From a virus, in IMG/VR virus record IMGVR_UViG_3300042463_000207, positions 3,037 to 67,036 of that record: a stretch of DNA of 64,000 bases; one strand, written 5' to 3'. Position numbers and translations under genes: made by a program. Below, one piece after another: positions 1-9,400 of the stretch. The notes below the pieces were generated by a model. It saw only the letters and a list, made by a program, of their open reading frames with translations, was not told where the DNA came from and did not search any database. Each line of letters opens with the position of its first letter. The first letter of the stretch is position 1.

Positions 1-1
1 G

Positions 2-580
2 GATATCTGCAAGAGATGGGAAGATATTACACAGCTTCAATTAGAGCATGACACTTATAGTAAGATTATTCTTGGGGACGTGAATAATTATATTGCCATC
101 ACTGAAGATGGTAAATCTAAGTGCAAGGGTAGGTTTGAATATGATAACCTGGCCCTACATAAGAATAAGAGTTTTCTTATTATACCTAAAGCAATACATG
201 CATATTTTGTAGATGGTATCAAGCCCGAAGATTTTCTGGCTCAGAACCAAAACATATTTGATTATTGTGGTGGTGTTAAGATTAAGGGAGACTGGAGTTT
301 TTATGAACACCATATTGTTAATGGTGAGTATGAGGTTAAACCTTTACAGCATACAATAAGATATTTTGTATCTAAATCCGGGTCAAAAATTATTAAAAAG
401 AATAATACTGACGGAAGAGAAATCCAGGTTGAGGCTGGGAAATGGATGCAGACTACTCTTATTAACTATACTGAGAAAGAATTCAGTGAGTATGATATCA
501 ATTATGATTACTACCTAGAGAATATTTACAAGGAGATAAGGAACCTTGAACCAATTATTACACAACTTAAATTATTTTAA
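2..580 (+). CDS. polB: Family B DNA polymerase, C-terminal part (5' truncated by window edge)
   Basis: The frame is open from position 2: DICKRWEDITQLQLEHDTYSKIILGDVNNYIAITEDGKSKCKGRFE...LHKN. The W-E..LE..Y...DVNNY...K.KG pattern matches phage PolB palm/thumb regions as seen in crAss-like phages. The ORF-track start at 80 is an internal GTG. Confidence 0.85.
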   Translation, partial: DICKRWEDITQLQLEHDTYSKIILGDVNNYIAITEDGKSKCKGRFEYDNLALHKNKSFLIIPKAIHAYFVDGIKPEDFLAQNQNIFDYCGGVKIKGDWSFYEHHIVNGEYEVKPLQHTIRYFVSKSGSKIIKKNNTDGREIQVEAGKWMQTTLINYTEKEFSEYDINYDYYLENIYKEIRNLEPIITQLKLF

Positions 581-581
581 A

Positions 582-1769
582 ATGCCAAAGAAGATTAGTG
601 AGTGGAGTAAAGCACAGTTAGTTGCTGTTGATTTACCAACACATGGTGACAGTTATACTGTAATTAGTCACCAGTCTGTAATTGATTATGTATATGCAGA
701 GCTTGCAGTAGCAGGCTTTGGAGTTGTTTCTGAAACATTTAGAGCAACTGCAGATGGCCAGATTGCACATGGGATTCATGTGTTACAATATCAATCTGAC
801 CCAGAATTATCTATGATGTTTGCTTGGACTAATAGTTACAACAAACAAGTGAGATTTAAATGTGGAGTTGGTGCATATGTAAACCAAGCGGGTACATTCA
901 TGGTACACGGGGATATGGGTAGCTGGGCTAGAAAGCATACTGGTACCGCAGATGAGGAGACTGTAGAAACAATCAAGGGTCAGATTAAAGATGCCCAAAT
1001 GTATTATGATCAGCTTAAGTCTGATAAAGATGCAATGAAGGAGATCAAGATGAATAAGAGAAAACAAGCTCAACTTCTTGGTATTCTGTTTGCAGAGTAT
1101 CAGATCTTAACTACTGAGCAGGCAAATATTGTAAGATCAGAAATGATGAAACCTACACATGTGTTTGAAGACACTAGTAGCTTGTGGGCTTTCTATAATT
1201 ATGTAACTGGTGCACTACAAACTTCTCATCCGAAGACTTGGATGGAGGACCAGAGGGTTCTTCACTATTTTATCTCTAGTGTAAATAACTTTTCTAAACC
1301 TTCTATTCCTCAACCAGTTGTAGAAGCTGAGATAGATCCGTTAACTACAAATTATGGTCAACCAGAGAATCAGACTAATCTTTTAGTTCAAATTGCAGAA
1401 GCAGAAGCTGAGACAGCAGAAGTAGAAGAAATAGAAGAAGTCAGGGAAGACAGGGTAGACAAGGTATGCGATGAAATAGTGACCTATACAGATCCTATGG
1501 GTAATACTTTTGAGACACCAGTAGTTATAGATTCTATTGAACTAAATAGAGAAACTAAAATGTCTGTTATAATCAGCCCATGTGCAGCTCATGATTTAGA
1601 AGCAGATGAGTTTATGGATGCTCCTGATGAAACAATAGAAGAGGTTCCATCTTTAGAACCAACTCCAGAAGATCATTTAGTGTTTGAAGCACAACAAGTA
1701 GAAACTGAAGATGATTTTGCATTTAATTTCTCAGATGATGAGGATGATGATGCAGCAGCATTCTTCTAA
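582..1769 (+). CDS. DUF932-like protein with long acidic C-terminal tail
   Basis: The ATG at 582 directly follows the polB stop. The N-terminal ~240 aa carry the pattern Y.VISH...F...NSYNK...G.G..V...SLWAFYNYVT.AL, typical of DUF932/DUF945 phage proteins. The tail is E/D-rich and ends DDEDDDAAAFF. Confidence 0.6.
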   Translation: MPKKISEWSKAQLVAVDLPTHGDSYTVISHQSVIDYVYAELAVAGFGVVSETFRATADGQIAHGIHVLQYQSDPELSMMFAWTNSYNKQVRFKCGVGAYVNQAGTFMVHGDMGSWARKHTGTADEETVETIKGQIKDAQMYYDQLKSDKDAMKEIKMNKRKQAQLLGILFAEYQILTTEQANIVRSEMMKPTHVFEDTSSLWAFYNYVTGALQTSHPKTWMEDQRVLHYFISSVNNFSKPSIPQPVVEAEIDPLTTNYGQPENQTNLLVQIAEAEAETAEVEEIEEVREDRVDKVCDEIVTYTDPMGNTFETPVVIDSIELNRETKMSVIISPCAAHDLEADEFMDAPDETIEEVPSLEPTPEDHLVFEAQQVETEDDFAFNFSDDEDDDAAAFF

Positions 1770-1803
1770 GATCCTGAAAGGGAAACAATAATACACAAAA
1801 GAG

Positions 1804-1838
1804 AGGGGGGTGACTTTTTAGTCATCCCCTTTTTTTTT
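1804..1838 (+). terminator. Intrinsic terminator
   Basis: GGGGTGAC-TTTTTA-GTCATCCC stem-loop followed by a run of T. Confidence 0.8.
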
Positions 1839-1849
1839 AACTTTGAAAT

Positions 1850-2236
1850 ATGAAAGAACAACTTAAAGCAGTGGAGACATTCCACAATGCATTTGGACAA
1901 GAGAATGGTAAATATCCGAGACCTTTAAATGAACATGAATTTAACCTTAGACACTCTCTTATGCAAGAAGAGAATGATGAATACCTAGAAGCTTGCTTTA
2001 AGAATTCATTAGTAGAAATTGCAGATGCATTGGGTGATCAATTATATATCCTCTGCGGAACTATTCTTAAACATGGTATGCAACATGTTATAGAAGATGT
2101 ATTTAATGAGATACAAGCAAGTAACATGAGTAAGTTAGGAGATGATGGCAAACCTGTTCTCCGTGAAGATGGTAAGATCTTAAAGGGACCTGGATACTTT
2201 AGACCCAATCTATCTAAATTTATAGAAGTAAAATGA
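1850..2236 (+). CDS. MazG-like (all-alpha) nucleoside triphosphate pyrophosphohydrolase
   Basis: EENDEY...EIADALGDQLY acidic metal-binding motifs plus the C-terminal SNMSKL...REDGKILKGP.Y..P signature of the DR2231-like NTP-PPase family. Confidence 0.85.
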   Translation: MKEQLKAVETFHNAFGQENGKYPRPLNEHEFNLRHSLMQEENDEYLEACFKNSLVEIADALGDQLYILCGTILKHGMQHVIEDVFNEIQASNMSKLGDDGKPVLREDGKILKGPGYFRPNLSKFIEVK

Positions 2237-2661
2237 CTTTTCTTAATTCACATCCAATTAAGAAGTCAGACCTTGGCTTCCATGGTAATCTTTTTGGGGG
2301 CAAACTGCTTGCATGGATTGATGCAGCTGCTGCTGGTTATGCAATGCAGTTATGTGACACTCCAAGAATGGTTACTGTAAGTATTGATAAATGTAACTTT
2401 GAGAAACCTGCAAGAGAAAGTCAGTTACTTAAGATATATGGTAAACCTCATAAGGTTGGTAATACATCTGTGTCACTTTACATGGAAGCAAGAGCACATA
2501 ATGTTTACACCGGGGCCCAAACTTTGGTGCTGAAAACAAATATCACTTTTGTACACATTGATGAAGAAGGAAACCCTATTCCTATTGGAGAGAAGGGTAG
2601 ACGTAGAATTACAAACTTAATAGAAGATGAGCCCACAACAACTAAAGAAACTCCTTATTGA
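2233..2661 (+). CDS. Acyl-CoA thioesterase (hot-dog fold, YciA-like)
   Basis: DL..HGNLFGGKLLAWID.AA motif, VTVSID...F..P, VG.TS and TFVHIDEEG.P.PI. Start overlaps the upstream stop (ATGA-type overlap). Confidence 0.85.
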   Translation: MTFLNSHPIKKSDLGFHGNLFGGKLLAWIDAAAAGYAMQLCDTPRMVTVSIDKCNFEKPARESQLLKIYGKPHKVGNTSVSLYMEARAHNVYTGAQTLVLKTNITFVHIDEEGNPIPIGEKGRRRITNLIEDEPTTTKETPY

Positions 2662-2797
2662 AGCTTACCTAGCCGGTGCTGAAAGTATGGCATGTGGTTG
2701 TTTACCTATGCAGACTAAAGCAGATGCAAGAGATTGGTTTGAGGAGAACCATCAGTTATTCCAGGAAACAGATAAGAAGAAAGATGGAAAGTCTTAA
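2627..2797 (+). CDS. Small hypothetical protein (56 aa), not in ORF track
   Basis: ATG at 2627 to TAA at 2797: MSPQQLKKLLIEAYLAGAESMACGCLPMQTKADARDWFEENHQLFQETDKKKDGKS. It tiles the gap between the thioesterase and the Zn-finger ORF with short overlaps at both ends. Confidence 0.55.
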   Translation: MSPQQLKKLLIEAYLAGAESMACGCLPMQTKADARDWFEENHQLFQETDKKKDGKS

Positions 2798-3035
2798 GTG
2801 TTTTGAATGTAAGATAGAGAAGCCATTAGAGAAGTTTCCCCCCAATAGAAGGAAGTATCAGATTAAGTCTAGTAAAGGAAGATGTTTAGTCTGCAAAAGG
2901 TGTGTGTTACATAATGCCATCACCAAACTACAAGTAGTTAGATATAACTTTGATGAAAGCAAGTTTGAAATAATACACTTTAAAGATGCTAATGAAGCTG
3001 TAGAATATGTAAATAATGAGGAGGGGGAGTATTAA
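2784..3035 (+). CDS. Small putative Zn-ribbon protein
   Basis: MESLKCFECKIEKPLEKF...GRCLVCKRC has CxxC...CxxCxxC, resembling the Zn-binding N-termini of phage HNH/EndoVII-type proteins. The likely start is ATG 2784 rather than 2676. Confidence 0.6.
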   Translation: MESLKCFECKIEKPLEKFPPNRRKYQIKSSKGRCLVCKRCVLHNAITKLQVVRYNFDESKFEIIHFKDANEAVEYVNNEEGEY

Positions 3036-3046
3036 CTCCCCTCTTT
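3021..3046. terminator. Hairpin at convergence of replication and virion modules (probable terminator)
   Basis: GGGGAGT-ATTA-ACTCCCC hairpin lies at the junction of the two convergent stop codons (3033-3035 and 3045-3047). Confidence 0.6.
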
Positions 3047-6000
3047 ATCTAGATAGACTACCTTCAAAGGCTTTAATAGCTTCTTCAGGACTCATTGTGT
3101 ATCCTGTGATACCCATTAGTCTTAAGAAATAAGCCCAAGATTTATTGTCTCCTTTTTCCCATACACCAGTTCTTCTTTGGTATACTGCTTTTTCAGGATC
3201 TAATGATTGTATAAAAAACTGATCTGTAAATTTAATAGCTCTATCTATAGTAGTAGTAGCTGCAGATGGTGACTTAACAGTTCTATAGGCATCCCTAATA
3301 CCATATATTGGTACATATTGAGATGTTTCACTCCGCATTCTGATTGCTTGATATAATACAAAGTTGTAAGCCCAGTTTTTCTTGAGCTCATCATCATCAT
3401 CATCTGCCATACCTCTTAAGACCATAACTAATGCTGTAAGTGCTAGGATAAGTGTAGCTTCTGCAATTACTCTTTTAGTTTGAGCTTTTTCAAACGGAGA
3501 CATATCTGCCCAGTTTTTAATGAGACTAGTCTTTAGAGTTACCAGGTTCTTGAGATAAAGATTCCAGAAAGTTTTATAGTAACCTTCTGTAGGTGCACCA
3601 AGTTCCTCATCATAGCCAAGATTCTTAAATCTTCTTTTGTAAGCTGGAACTAAATACTTTCTATACATGAAAGCAAGTTTACCTAGACTGTATCTTTGAG
3701 CCGTGGCTTTATCAAAATCATTATAGATACCATGCATTCTCTTATTGAGAGCATGTAGTCTATTCATTACATTCTGTCTTTTACCATCAGTGAAGTCTGT
3801 TTTGTTATAAATCTCCTCTACACCATATTTTTCATAGGCATCTAGTAGTGACATCTCCTGATTAGATTCATTGTCTATTACTGTAGTAGCATCAAGAAGT
3901 GCAAACAGGTTTGATACTTGTATTTCATGTTCACCAAAGTGTTGGTTAAAGAATAGTGTATCTACTCTGAATAGTTTATTAGCTACTGAAGCAGTTACTA
4001 GTCTACCAAAGTTATCCATATAGTCACCCTGCATTGGATCATATAGGTCAAAGAGTTTACCACCAAGACTATCTGCAGTGAACTTACCAAAGTCTCCTAA
4101 GAAACCTGGTATAGATTTCATGTAGTATGATTTACCCCGCATAAGATTCTTTATGCTAAAGAACTCTGAAGATGCTGCTTCAATTAGTACCTGGATATTA
4201 CCTTGTAAGTTATTGGCAACACCCTTCATTATATCAGCTGCAATACTTGTTAGAGCTGCAAAACCAATTAAACTTCCAGTAAGTTTATTTGCTGATAGAC
4301 CAAGCACACTTTGTCTTGTATCCATCTCACCATAGATTATCATATCTATGAAGTCATTTACTCTTTTAGCAGAATAAGATTCTCCCTCTTTAGTAATGTA
4401 TCTTTCTATACCAAGTCTTTTAGCAAGGGGATTTAATAATGGATCTCCCTTTACATTGGTCTCAGCTACATCACGTTCACCTACTATCTTCTTGTATAAT
4501 ACAACTTCAGAGTGGATATCATTTAGTGCTTTAAAGTTGTTGGACATACCAGCAAACATTAGAGTTGATCTCATTAAGTTGAGACTGACATCTTCTGGTT
4601 TGATACTCCAGGTATAGTATACAGGAATGAACTTCTCTTTAGTACCAGCAATAGTTGCTGGACCAAACTGAGTATCACCCTCCATAAAAGTAAACTGTTC
4701 TTGAAGACGTGTTTTAACTCCTCTTCTTGGATTGTCTATCATTCTCTCACCATTGGTCTTATAGATTGATGGTAAAAGATATCCCGGTTGCTGTGCTTCT
4801 GGTAGACCTTCTTGATATGATAGATAAGTATCTGTTAACCACTTATGATACTTTCCTTTAGCATTCTTAGGCTTACCATTCAGATCATATAATTCTAACC
4901 AAGCTTTGTTTAGGAACTTATTACTTGGTTCCGTTAACTCACCCATATAGACTAGTTGACCCGTAGCTGGATCTGTATACGCTACACTTGAGTACCAGTT
5001 ATCATACTCATCTTGTGTAATAATTCTAGCATTGAGTTCTCTTTGCTTACCATTAAGTATCTGTTGAATCTCACTAGCTGACTTTGGCTGGGTATTCTCT
5101 TTAAACCAATCTCTTCTAGCAGCTTGTCTTATTCTATATGCATCAAGTTCAGGTGGGGATGGGTTATCAGATAGTACAAATGCTTGTGGTAAATTCTGTC
5201 TTTCAGCAAAGTACTTAGACATATCATATTTTTGTACATAAGATACTCTATCTTCATACTGAATCTCACCTGCTATTCTTATCACCCTTCCAACAGCATC
5301 TCTTTGGGGTATTCTAATTGTCTCATACAGACCTCTGTTGAGCTCAGCAGGATTATCTCTATTACCACCAACAGCACTTACGTATTCTTCAAATACTTTA
5401 GCAGCCTCTTGCTCAAGTTGTATATTCTTGATTCTGGCATTATCCATTTCTGTCTTTACAGCTTTTGCAAAGATTGAGAGAACCGGATCTGCAGCACTAA
5501 TCATTGCCCCTGTTAGATATTCAAAGCCTGACATATCTCCAGAGATCTCACGTAGATATCTTACAAGACTCTCCTTAGTTAGATTAAAGCCCTTTACTTT
5601 ACTAAGTCTGTCTCTAAGTTTGGTTAGTTCTTTTTCCCTTACTTCATCAGATATTCTAGTATTAGCTTCTACTCTTGCAATATCAGCTTCAAGTGATTTT
5701 ACTTCTTCACCAAGACCTTCTCTGGCTTCAGACTTATATGTCATTAACCAGTCAGCAATTAAAGGTATACCATATTGTGATACCTGTTGCTTGATCTGAT
5801 TTCTTACACTAATAGCATAAGTAAGCTTTTGTTGTGGGGATTTAATTCCTGCAGCTTCTTGTTCCTCCGGAGACAAATCACTGGTAAAGTGCTCAAAGAC
5901 ATCTTCTTTGGATATTTCATCAAGTAGTTCATATCTGTTAGCAAAGTCATAGAATGCAATGAGCTGATCTATTGCAGCCTTACCTGACTGCTGGTTGATG

Positions 6001-6413
6001 GACTTTACAAATGATTTGAACTGTTTCTCTGCAACGGTAGCTTTATCATAAACGTCATCCACAAAGAGCATAATAGATTGTACACCTTGTACATCACGGA
6101 CTTGTTCTACTAGTCTTTTGATTTCATTCTTAGTTCTTTCATAGTTCTGAACTTTTTTTCTCTGTAGTACAGCAAGCTTAGCTTCTAAGTTTAGAATTAC
6201 ATCATTTACTAGATCTTCAATAGGTGTTGTAGCCTTGTCAGCTTCAGTAACTTTATCTTCTTCTTCTGCCTCCGGATAATAGTTGAGATCATCACGGTCA
6301 CCAAAACCTTCTCTATACCATTCTTGTTCAGCCAGTGCTTCATTACCATTGTTCTTGATTACAAGGTCCTTCCACTCCTGGCTGTTTTTATTTATGCACT
6401 TCTTAATTGACAT
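3045..6413 (-). CDS. Large virion cargo/ejection protein (1122 aa) with C-terminal hydrophobic segment
   Basis: Directly downstream of the virion RNAP, as in crAss-like gene order. Helical composition, a hydrophobic segment VIAEATLILALTALVMVLRG, and a single Cys at residue 6. Confidence 0.7.
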   Translation of the reverse strand: MSIKKCINKNSQEWKDLVIKNNGNEALAEQEWYREGFGDRDDLNYYPEAEEEDKVTEADKATTPIEDLVNDVILNLEAKLAVLQRKKVQNYERTKNEIKRLVEQVRDVQGVQSIMLFVDDVYDKATVAEKQFKSFVKSINQQSGKAAIDQLIAFYDFANRYELLDEISKEDVFEHFTSDLSPEEQEAAGIKSPQQKLTYAISVRNQIKQQVSQYGIPLIADWLMTYKSEAREGLGEEVKSLEADIARVEANTRISDEVREKELTKLRDRLSKVKGFNLTKESLVRYLREISGDMSGFEYLTGAMISAADPVLSIFAKAVKTEMDNARIKNIQLEQEAAKVFEEYVSAVGGNRDNPAELNRGLYETIRIPQRDAVGRVIRIAGEIQYEDRVSYVQKYDMSKYFAERQNLPQAFVLSDNPSPPELDAYRIRQAARRDWFKENTQPKSASEIQQILNGKQRELNARIITQDEYDNWYSSVAYTDPATGQLVYMGELTEPSNKFLNKAWLELYDLNGKPKNAKGKYHKWLTDTYLSYQEGLPEAQQPGYLLPSIYKTNGERMIDNPRRGVKTRLQEQFTFMEGDTQFGPATIAGTKEKFIPVYYTWSIKPEDVSLNLMRSTLMFAGMSNNFKALNDIHSEVVLYKKIVGERDVAETNVKGDPLLNPLAKRLGIERYITKEGESYSAKRVNDFIDMIIYGEMDTRQSVLGLSANKLTGSLIGFAALTSIAADIMKGVANNLQGNIQVLIEAASSEFFSIKNLMRGKSYYMKSIPGFLGDFGKFTADSLGGKLFDLYDPMQGDYMDNFGRLVTASVANKLFRVDTLFFNQHFGEHEIQVSNLFALLDATTVIDNESNQEMSLLDAYEKYGVEEIYNKTDFTDGKRQNVMNRLHALNKRMHGIYNDFDKATAQRYSLGKLAFMYRKYLVPAYKRRFKNLGYDEELGAPTEGYYKTFWNLYLKNLVTLKTSLIKNWADMSPFEKAQTKRVIAEATLILALTALVMVLRGMADDDDDELKKNWAYNFVLYQAIRMRSETSQYVPIYGIRDAYRTVKSPSAATTTIDRAIKFTDQFFIQSLDPEKAVYQRRTGVWEKGDNKSWAYFLRLMGITGYTMSPEEAIKAFEGSLSR

Positions 6414-6416
6414 GAT

Positions 6417-9400
6417 TTAGCAAGTATATTTTCTAATTATTTCTTCAATCCTTTCAACTTCACTCATAGTAGTAGCATTCTTGATGTCTTCCATTAACTG
6501 GAATATATTATACCCATCTTCTGCCATTGCAAGATCTAGACTCATTAGGTTTATCATTTCTTTGATATCTCTAATTGACTGCTTCTTTCTTTCTTCTGTT
6601 ACAGGTACAACTACTTCAGGAACTCTCTCAACTTTTCCAGTTCTGAGATCCATGTTTCTAAGATACATAGTTTTTCCATCAGGACTGACAAGATCATACA
6701 GATTGTTATCATTTAGTAAGTATCTTCTACCATTAGATGAATTGAATTCTTTAGGGAAAACACCATTATTCTCCTCTAAATATGTATTGAATTCAGTAAT
6801 TTCTGGATTTGCTTCAGGTGAAATAGAACCTTCAGAAACACTTCTAACACTATTTACCGGCTCTACTTGGTAGACCTGTCTAGCCTGACCTTTATTTATG
6901 AAGCTAGCACTAAGGAGATTGTTCTTCTTAAAATCAGCAGCACTCTTAAATCCTTCTGATTTAGCAAATTGATCTAGAGTTCTATTTGTTTTAGAACCGG
7001 TCTCCTTATTTGTAATAGTAACAATATCTGTTTTGTTATTTACTGTAGCCTCACCAAGGTACTTAACTTTTACAATAGCACCATTGTCCATAGTATAGAA
7101 CTCAGAATCTGTAGATAGAGCATTAATTCTATTAGTCATGGTCTTAGTACCATTCATAATCTTCTTAATATCTGACTCTGCAAGTGTAAGCCTAGGATAT
7201 GTGTTCTCTTTTTTCTGTTGTGCACTAAAGTCTAGTCCAAATAGTAATGGTTGATTGAAATTATAGTTTGTTAAATCAACTAAATAACCTCCAGTACTTC
7301 CTTTTAGACCATCAATTTTTGGTTGATACTGGAGTGATACACCCGGTACTTTACTTAACATAGTGTAAATAGCACCAACAGAAATTGGTGAACCTTGTGT
7401 TAATTGAACTTGTCTTTTTATTATATCATCATTAGTCTGCGGATTCTTTTTGGCTTCAGTTAGTGCTTTTAGAGCAAAGTCCATTTCATCTTGTGGAATT
7501 GGATCACCAGTTACACGATCTTTTTCTACAACAATATTGTAGTCATTCATCTTTAAAGTAAGTTGCTCATCATATGCTAGTTTATATTTGATCATGTCAA
7601 CTTCTTCTCTTGAGTACTTAACCTCTTCAGGACCAGCATAGATTTGTGCTGTTCTTGGATTTGCTTGGGTTAACATAGTTGCATCAGAACCAGTAAAGAA
7701 TAGAGGAGTCTCCTTACCATATTGTTTAATGTGTGTCTGGAGTACTTGATGAATTAGTGGCATGAAATACTGTAACTCAACATTTAAAAGTTTTTCAAGA
7801 TCTGTTTTAGCAGCTTCAATAGCTTCAGTTTGATTTTCACTTAGTTCAGTTGCTCTTTTTATTAGCTCTTCTGAGTCAGCTTTTAAACTATCAAGGCGCC
7901 ATGCCCCATAATTACTATCATAATCTTGTGCCATTCTCTCATTAAGAGCTATTGCAGATGCTTCATCTCTTAGTCTTACAAGTTCATTATAGTTATAGTT
8001 AATATTATTTACTAATACATTGTACTCATCTCTTGTAAGCTTAAGCATTCTCTCAACAAAGTATGCTTTATTTCTATTTGCAATATTAGATAGTACAAAT
8101 TGCTTCTTGTTTGCAATATCTTTGTTAAGTGAATTAGTAATAGCATTTGGTAGTACAACTTTTAAGAAGTAGTTAACAGAAGTATTAAGCTGGGTTCTAT
8201 TTGTTCTTGGTTGATATTGTGGTTTAATAACACCACCATATTGTTGGGAGAACATTGTATCAAAAGCTGCGCGGTCAAAAGCAGGGAACTTCTTTTGTAT
8301 TTTTGAGAACATATCTTTATAGACTTGTTCTGGAAACTGAAAGCTTTGTCTATTATTACCAGTAGTTCTATTAGCATCTTCTATGGCTTTCTTTATCATC
8401 TGTTTATCATCTTCTGATAGGAACTGTTCAAAACCACCAGTAGATCTAATGCTATTTACTATTCTAGTTTGAGTATATAGACCATCAAGCAGTTCTTGTT
8501 GACGTCTTATAATGTCAGTATACTGAGATGGTTGTTCTAAGTAGACCTGATCATGCTGATAGAGATCTCTAAACTGCTTATAACTAAAATCATCATCTTT
8601 TAATCTATTATCAATTACTCTTTGATAGACAGGAGATTTGAATATATTTAGATATTTAGGATCATTAGATAATATTTCAAACCCACCTGTTGCTACTTGA
8701 GCCTCAGCATCTTTCATGACATCTGTCATTTCATCTACATATTTTTGTAGTGGATTTGATAATGTTTTAAGTCTTGATGTACCTTCTCTCAGTGTTTCAA
8801 TCTGGTCATTTTGGATTTCATGTAATAATACAGCTACCCTTCCAGATTTATCTTGTGGGAATGCAGTTAAACTTGCAAATGCTGAAGGTGCAAGACTAAA
8901 GTGTGGAGCTCTCTTATAATATGTATCATTAAATCTTAGAGATATTTTTTGGTGGAGTACTGGGTCACCAGATGGTAACCGTGTATCTTCAAAGGTATTG
9001 TATACCATATAGTCCAAGTGATCTAGCTCATTAGCAAAGCCTAGCATGTAATTTGTTTCTAGGAAAACATATGCTTCATTAACAAATTCTTCTGCAGTGA
9101 TGGACTTTTTATTAGGGTTTTCTGCCTTAATAGCTTCAATTACATTTTGTAGTAATGCCAGTTCTTCCTTCTTTACACCATCTACTTTTAGTTTTTCAGA
9201 AAGTGAAATTGGATTCTTCTTGTACTTGGTTAGTATCTGGGGAATTGCTTTTAGTGTAGGTGTAATTGTTTGATAATCTCTTGCAGTTTCTAGATCTTTT
9301 CTTTCTTCTGGAGTTAGTTTCTTTGTTAAGCTTAAACTGCTACCAGTTGCAAACCTACTCTCTACATTTTGTAAGTACATTGGAATAGTAGGCATTCCTT

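Noticed and set aside
546-581. ORF-track start at 546 for the DUF932-like gene
   Set aside because: It is a non-ATG start inside polB; the ATG at 582 immediately after the polB stop is more plausible.
2676-2783. N-terminal extension of the 119-aa ORF
   Set aside because: The region is better explained by the 2627-2797 ORF in another frame; ATG 2784 starts the Zn-ribbon.
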